Below are positions 62,666 to 64,000 of a stretch of DNA of 64,000 nt, piece by piece. This DNA is from an uncultured Bacteroidales bacterium (GTDB lineage Bacteria > Bacteroidota > Bacteroidia > Bacteroidales > CAIWKO01): contig CAYXXU010000003.1 of the NCBI GenBank assembly GCA_964469155.1, positions 24,511 through 88,510 of the forward strand, given 5' to 3'. A program made the translations under genes and the position numbers. Each line of letters starts with the position of its first letter. Position 1 is the first letter of the stretch. The notes under the pieces are model-generated. The model was not told where the DNA came from. It worked only from the letters and a program-made list of their open reading frames with translations, and searched no databases.

Positions 62666-62687
62666 CAAAAATTTTAAAAATACATCA

Positions 62688-63284
62688 ATGAAAATAAAGA
62701 AAAGTTGGATCGTTTTGGGAATAGTGATATTACTGTTCTTAGTGATCGGTTTGTGGTTAAAAAGCGGCTACAACAATATGGTAACCATGAACGAAGGCGT
62801 GTCAGCCCAATGGAAACAAGTGGAAGTAGCCTATCAGGCGCGTATGGATAAGACAAAGAACCTGCTTGAAATAGTAAAAGGGGCAGCCGATTTTGAAAAA
62901 TCTACTCTTCAGGCTGTTATCGAATCCCGTTCGAAAGCCACCAGCATTCAAATAGATGCTGACAATCTGACCCCTGAAAAACTGGCCGAATTTCAACAGG
63001 CCCAGGCAAGTTTTGGTACTTCGCTGGGAAGATTGATGGCCATTGCTGAAAATTATCCTCAGCTTAAGGCAGTAGATGCCTTCCGCGATTTCCAGGCACA
63101 ATACGAAGGCATGGAAAACCGCATTGCAGTGGAACGCCGAAAATTCAACGAAGTGGTGCAAACCTATAATACCTACATACGCCGTTTCCCCAATAACCTG
63201 CTTTCGGGTATGTTCGGGTTCGAAAAGAAAGCCTATTTCGCTTCCGACGAAAAAGCCAAGGATGCACCCGCCATTAAGTTCTGA
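62688..63284 (+). CDS. lemA: LemA family protein
   Basis: N-terminal TM, then SGYNNMV...VSAQWKQVEVAYQARMD, AENYPQLKA, FNEVVQTYNTYIRRFPNN, typical of LemA. Confidence 0.85.
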   Translation: MKIKKSWIVLGIVILLFLVIGLWLKSGYNNMVTMNEGVSAQWKQVEVAYQARMDKTKNLLEIVKGAADFEKSTLQAVIESRSKATSIQIDADNLTPEKLAEFQQAQASFGTSLGRLMAIAENYPQLKAVDAFRDFQAQYEGMENRIAVERRKFNEVVQTYNTYIRRFPNNLLSGMFGFEKKAYFASDEKAKDAPAIKF

Positions 63285-63286
63285 TC

Positions 63287-63724
63287 ATGTCAGCAAGGAA
63301 ATTCTTTACGCAACAGCAACTGGACGATATTAAATTATCTATTGAAAGCGCTGAACTTGAAACATCGGGAGAGATACGCGTACATATCGAAGAAGTCTGC
63401 AAGGGAGATGTTCTGGACAGGGCCGCTTACCTGTTTCAAAAATTAGGAATGTCCAAAACCCAACTCCGCAATGGAGTGATGATATACCTTGCCGTGAAAG
63501 ATCGCAAATTCGCTATCATTGGCGATGCCGGTATCAATGCCAAAGTGCCTGCTGATTTTTGGGATAATGCCAAAACACTTATGCTGAATAAGTTCAAAGA
63601 GGGTCTTCTTTCGGAGGGACTTTGTATGGCTGTTTTGCTTGCCGGGGAACAACTCAGGCAATATTTTCCGCATCAGCGCGACGATAGTAATGAATTGCCC
63701 GATGAAGTCTCTTTCAAAAACTAA
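63287..63724 (+). CDS. TPM-domain protein (TLP18.3/Psb32-like phosphatase fold)
   Basis: Conserved lemA-TPM-TPM neighbourhood; SGEIRVHIEE and VMIYLAVKDRKFAIIGD. Confidence 0.65.
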   Translation: MSARKFFTQQQLDDIKLSIESAELETSGEIRVHIEEVCKGDVLDRAAYLFQKLGMSKTQLRNGVMIYLAVKDRKFAIIGDAGINAKVPADFWDNAKTLMLNKFKEGLLSEGLCMAVLLAGEQLRQYFPHQRDDSNELPDEVSFKN

Positions 63725-63734
63725 TTTCATTTTT

Positions 63735-64000
63735 ATGAAATCAAACTTTATTCGGACCATACTATTTTTAGGGATATTCTTAACGGGATCGGCAGTATTT
63801 TCCCAGGATGGTATTCCCGATAAACCTCAACCGCAAAGACTGGTAAATGACTTTGCCGGCATTCTTTCCGCAGCAGAAGTTAATGCACTGGAACAAAAAC
63901 TGGTACATTTCAACGATTCTACTTCCACTCAAATTGTGGTAGTTACCGTTAATGATTTGCAAGGGTATGATGTAACCGATTTTGCTGACCGTTTGGGCGA
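63735..64000 (+). CDS. TPM-domain protein (YgcG-like), 3'-truncated by the window end
   Basis: Signal peptide MKSNFIRTILFLGIFLTGSAVFSQ, then RLVNDFAGILSAAEVNALEQKL...TQIVVVTVNDLQGYDVTDFA. Not in the track because no stop codon is reached. Confidence 0.7.
   Translation, partial: MKSNFIRTILFLGIFLTGSAVFSQDGIPDKPQPQRLVNDFAGILSAAEVNALEQKLVHFNDSTSTQIVVVTVNDLQGYDVTDFADRLG

Overview
Bacteroidota-type chromosome segment, judged from TAnnTTTG -7 promoter boxes, very short SD-less leaders and a Bacteroides-style Arm-domain tyrosine integrase. The left flank (1-8.5 kb) is housekeeping: secA, hldD, an MQO-like flavoprotein, a DEAD-box helicase and two tRNA-Leu genes. The right flank (50.3-64 kb) holds two glycosyltransferases, ftsE, a Memo/AMMECR1 fusion, a DUF2400-like gene, a radical-SAM/SPASM plus lipoprotein cluster, a TPR membrane protein, a PP2C-LysM phosphatase and lemA with TPM genes. 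Between them is a ~41.5-kb, visibly AT-richer integrative island inserted in the 3' end of tRNA-Leu(CAG). It is bounded by 24-bp direct repeats at 8499-8522 and 50064-50087, with the integrase at 48619-49896. The island starts with a mobility/replication head (HTH protein, Toprim-VirE primase-helicase, iteron cluster). A ~29-kb unidirectional, almost gap-free train of defence-type genes follows. In order it carries: AbiEi/AbiEii; a WYL regulator; a DNA-methyltransferase + specificity-domain + histidine-kinase fusion with a receiver-domain partner, joined to a type I R-M operon (hsdRMS); small nuclease-fold proteins; a 1.6-kaa Upf1-like SF1 helicase carrying what looks like a captured ribosomal protein S1 D3-D6 array; a two-HKD PLD nuclease (Mokosh-like pairing); an orphan CARF-only protein plus a Card1/Can2-like CARF-nuclease with no cyclase in sight; a PIF1-like helicase; and a GIY-YIG protein with an RloC-like zinc-hook ATPase. 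The island's right end is a mosaic of a frameshifted IS30 transposase, a second nucleotidyltransferase module, 51-bp palindrome-bearing direct repeats and gene remnants. The best candidates for undescribed systems are (i) the methylase-TRD-histidine kinase / receiver pair embedded in the R-M operon, (ii) the S1-array helicase with the PLD nuclease and CARF proteins, and (iii) outside the island, three tandem lipoproteins sharing twin YG[AVI]P motifs next to an rSAM/SPASM enzyme. All functional calls rest on motif recognition by eye, and no database search was run.
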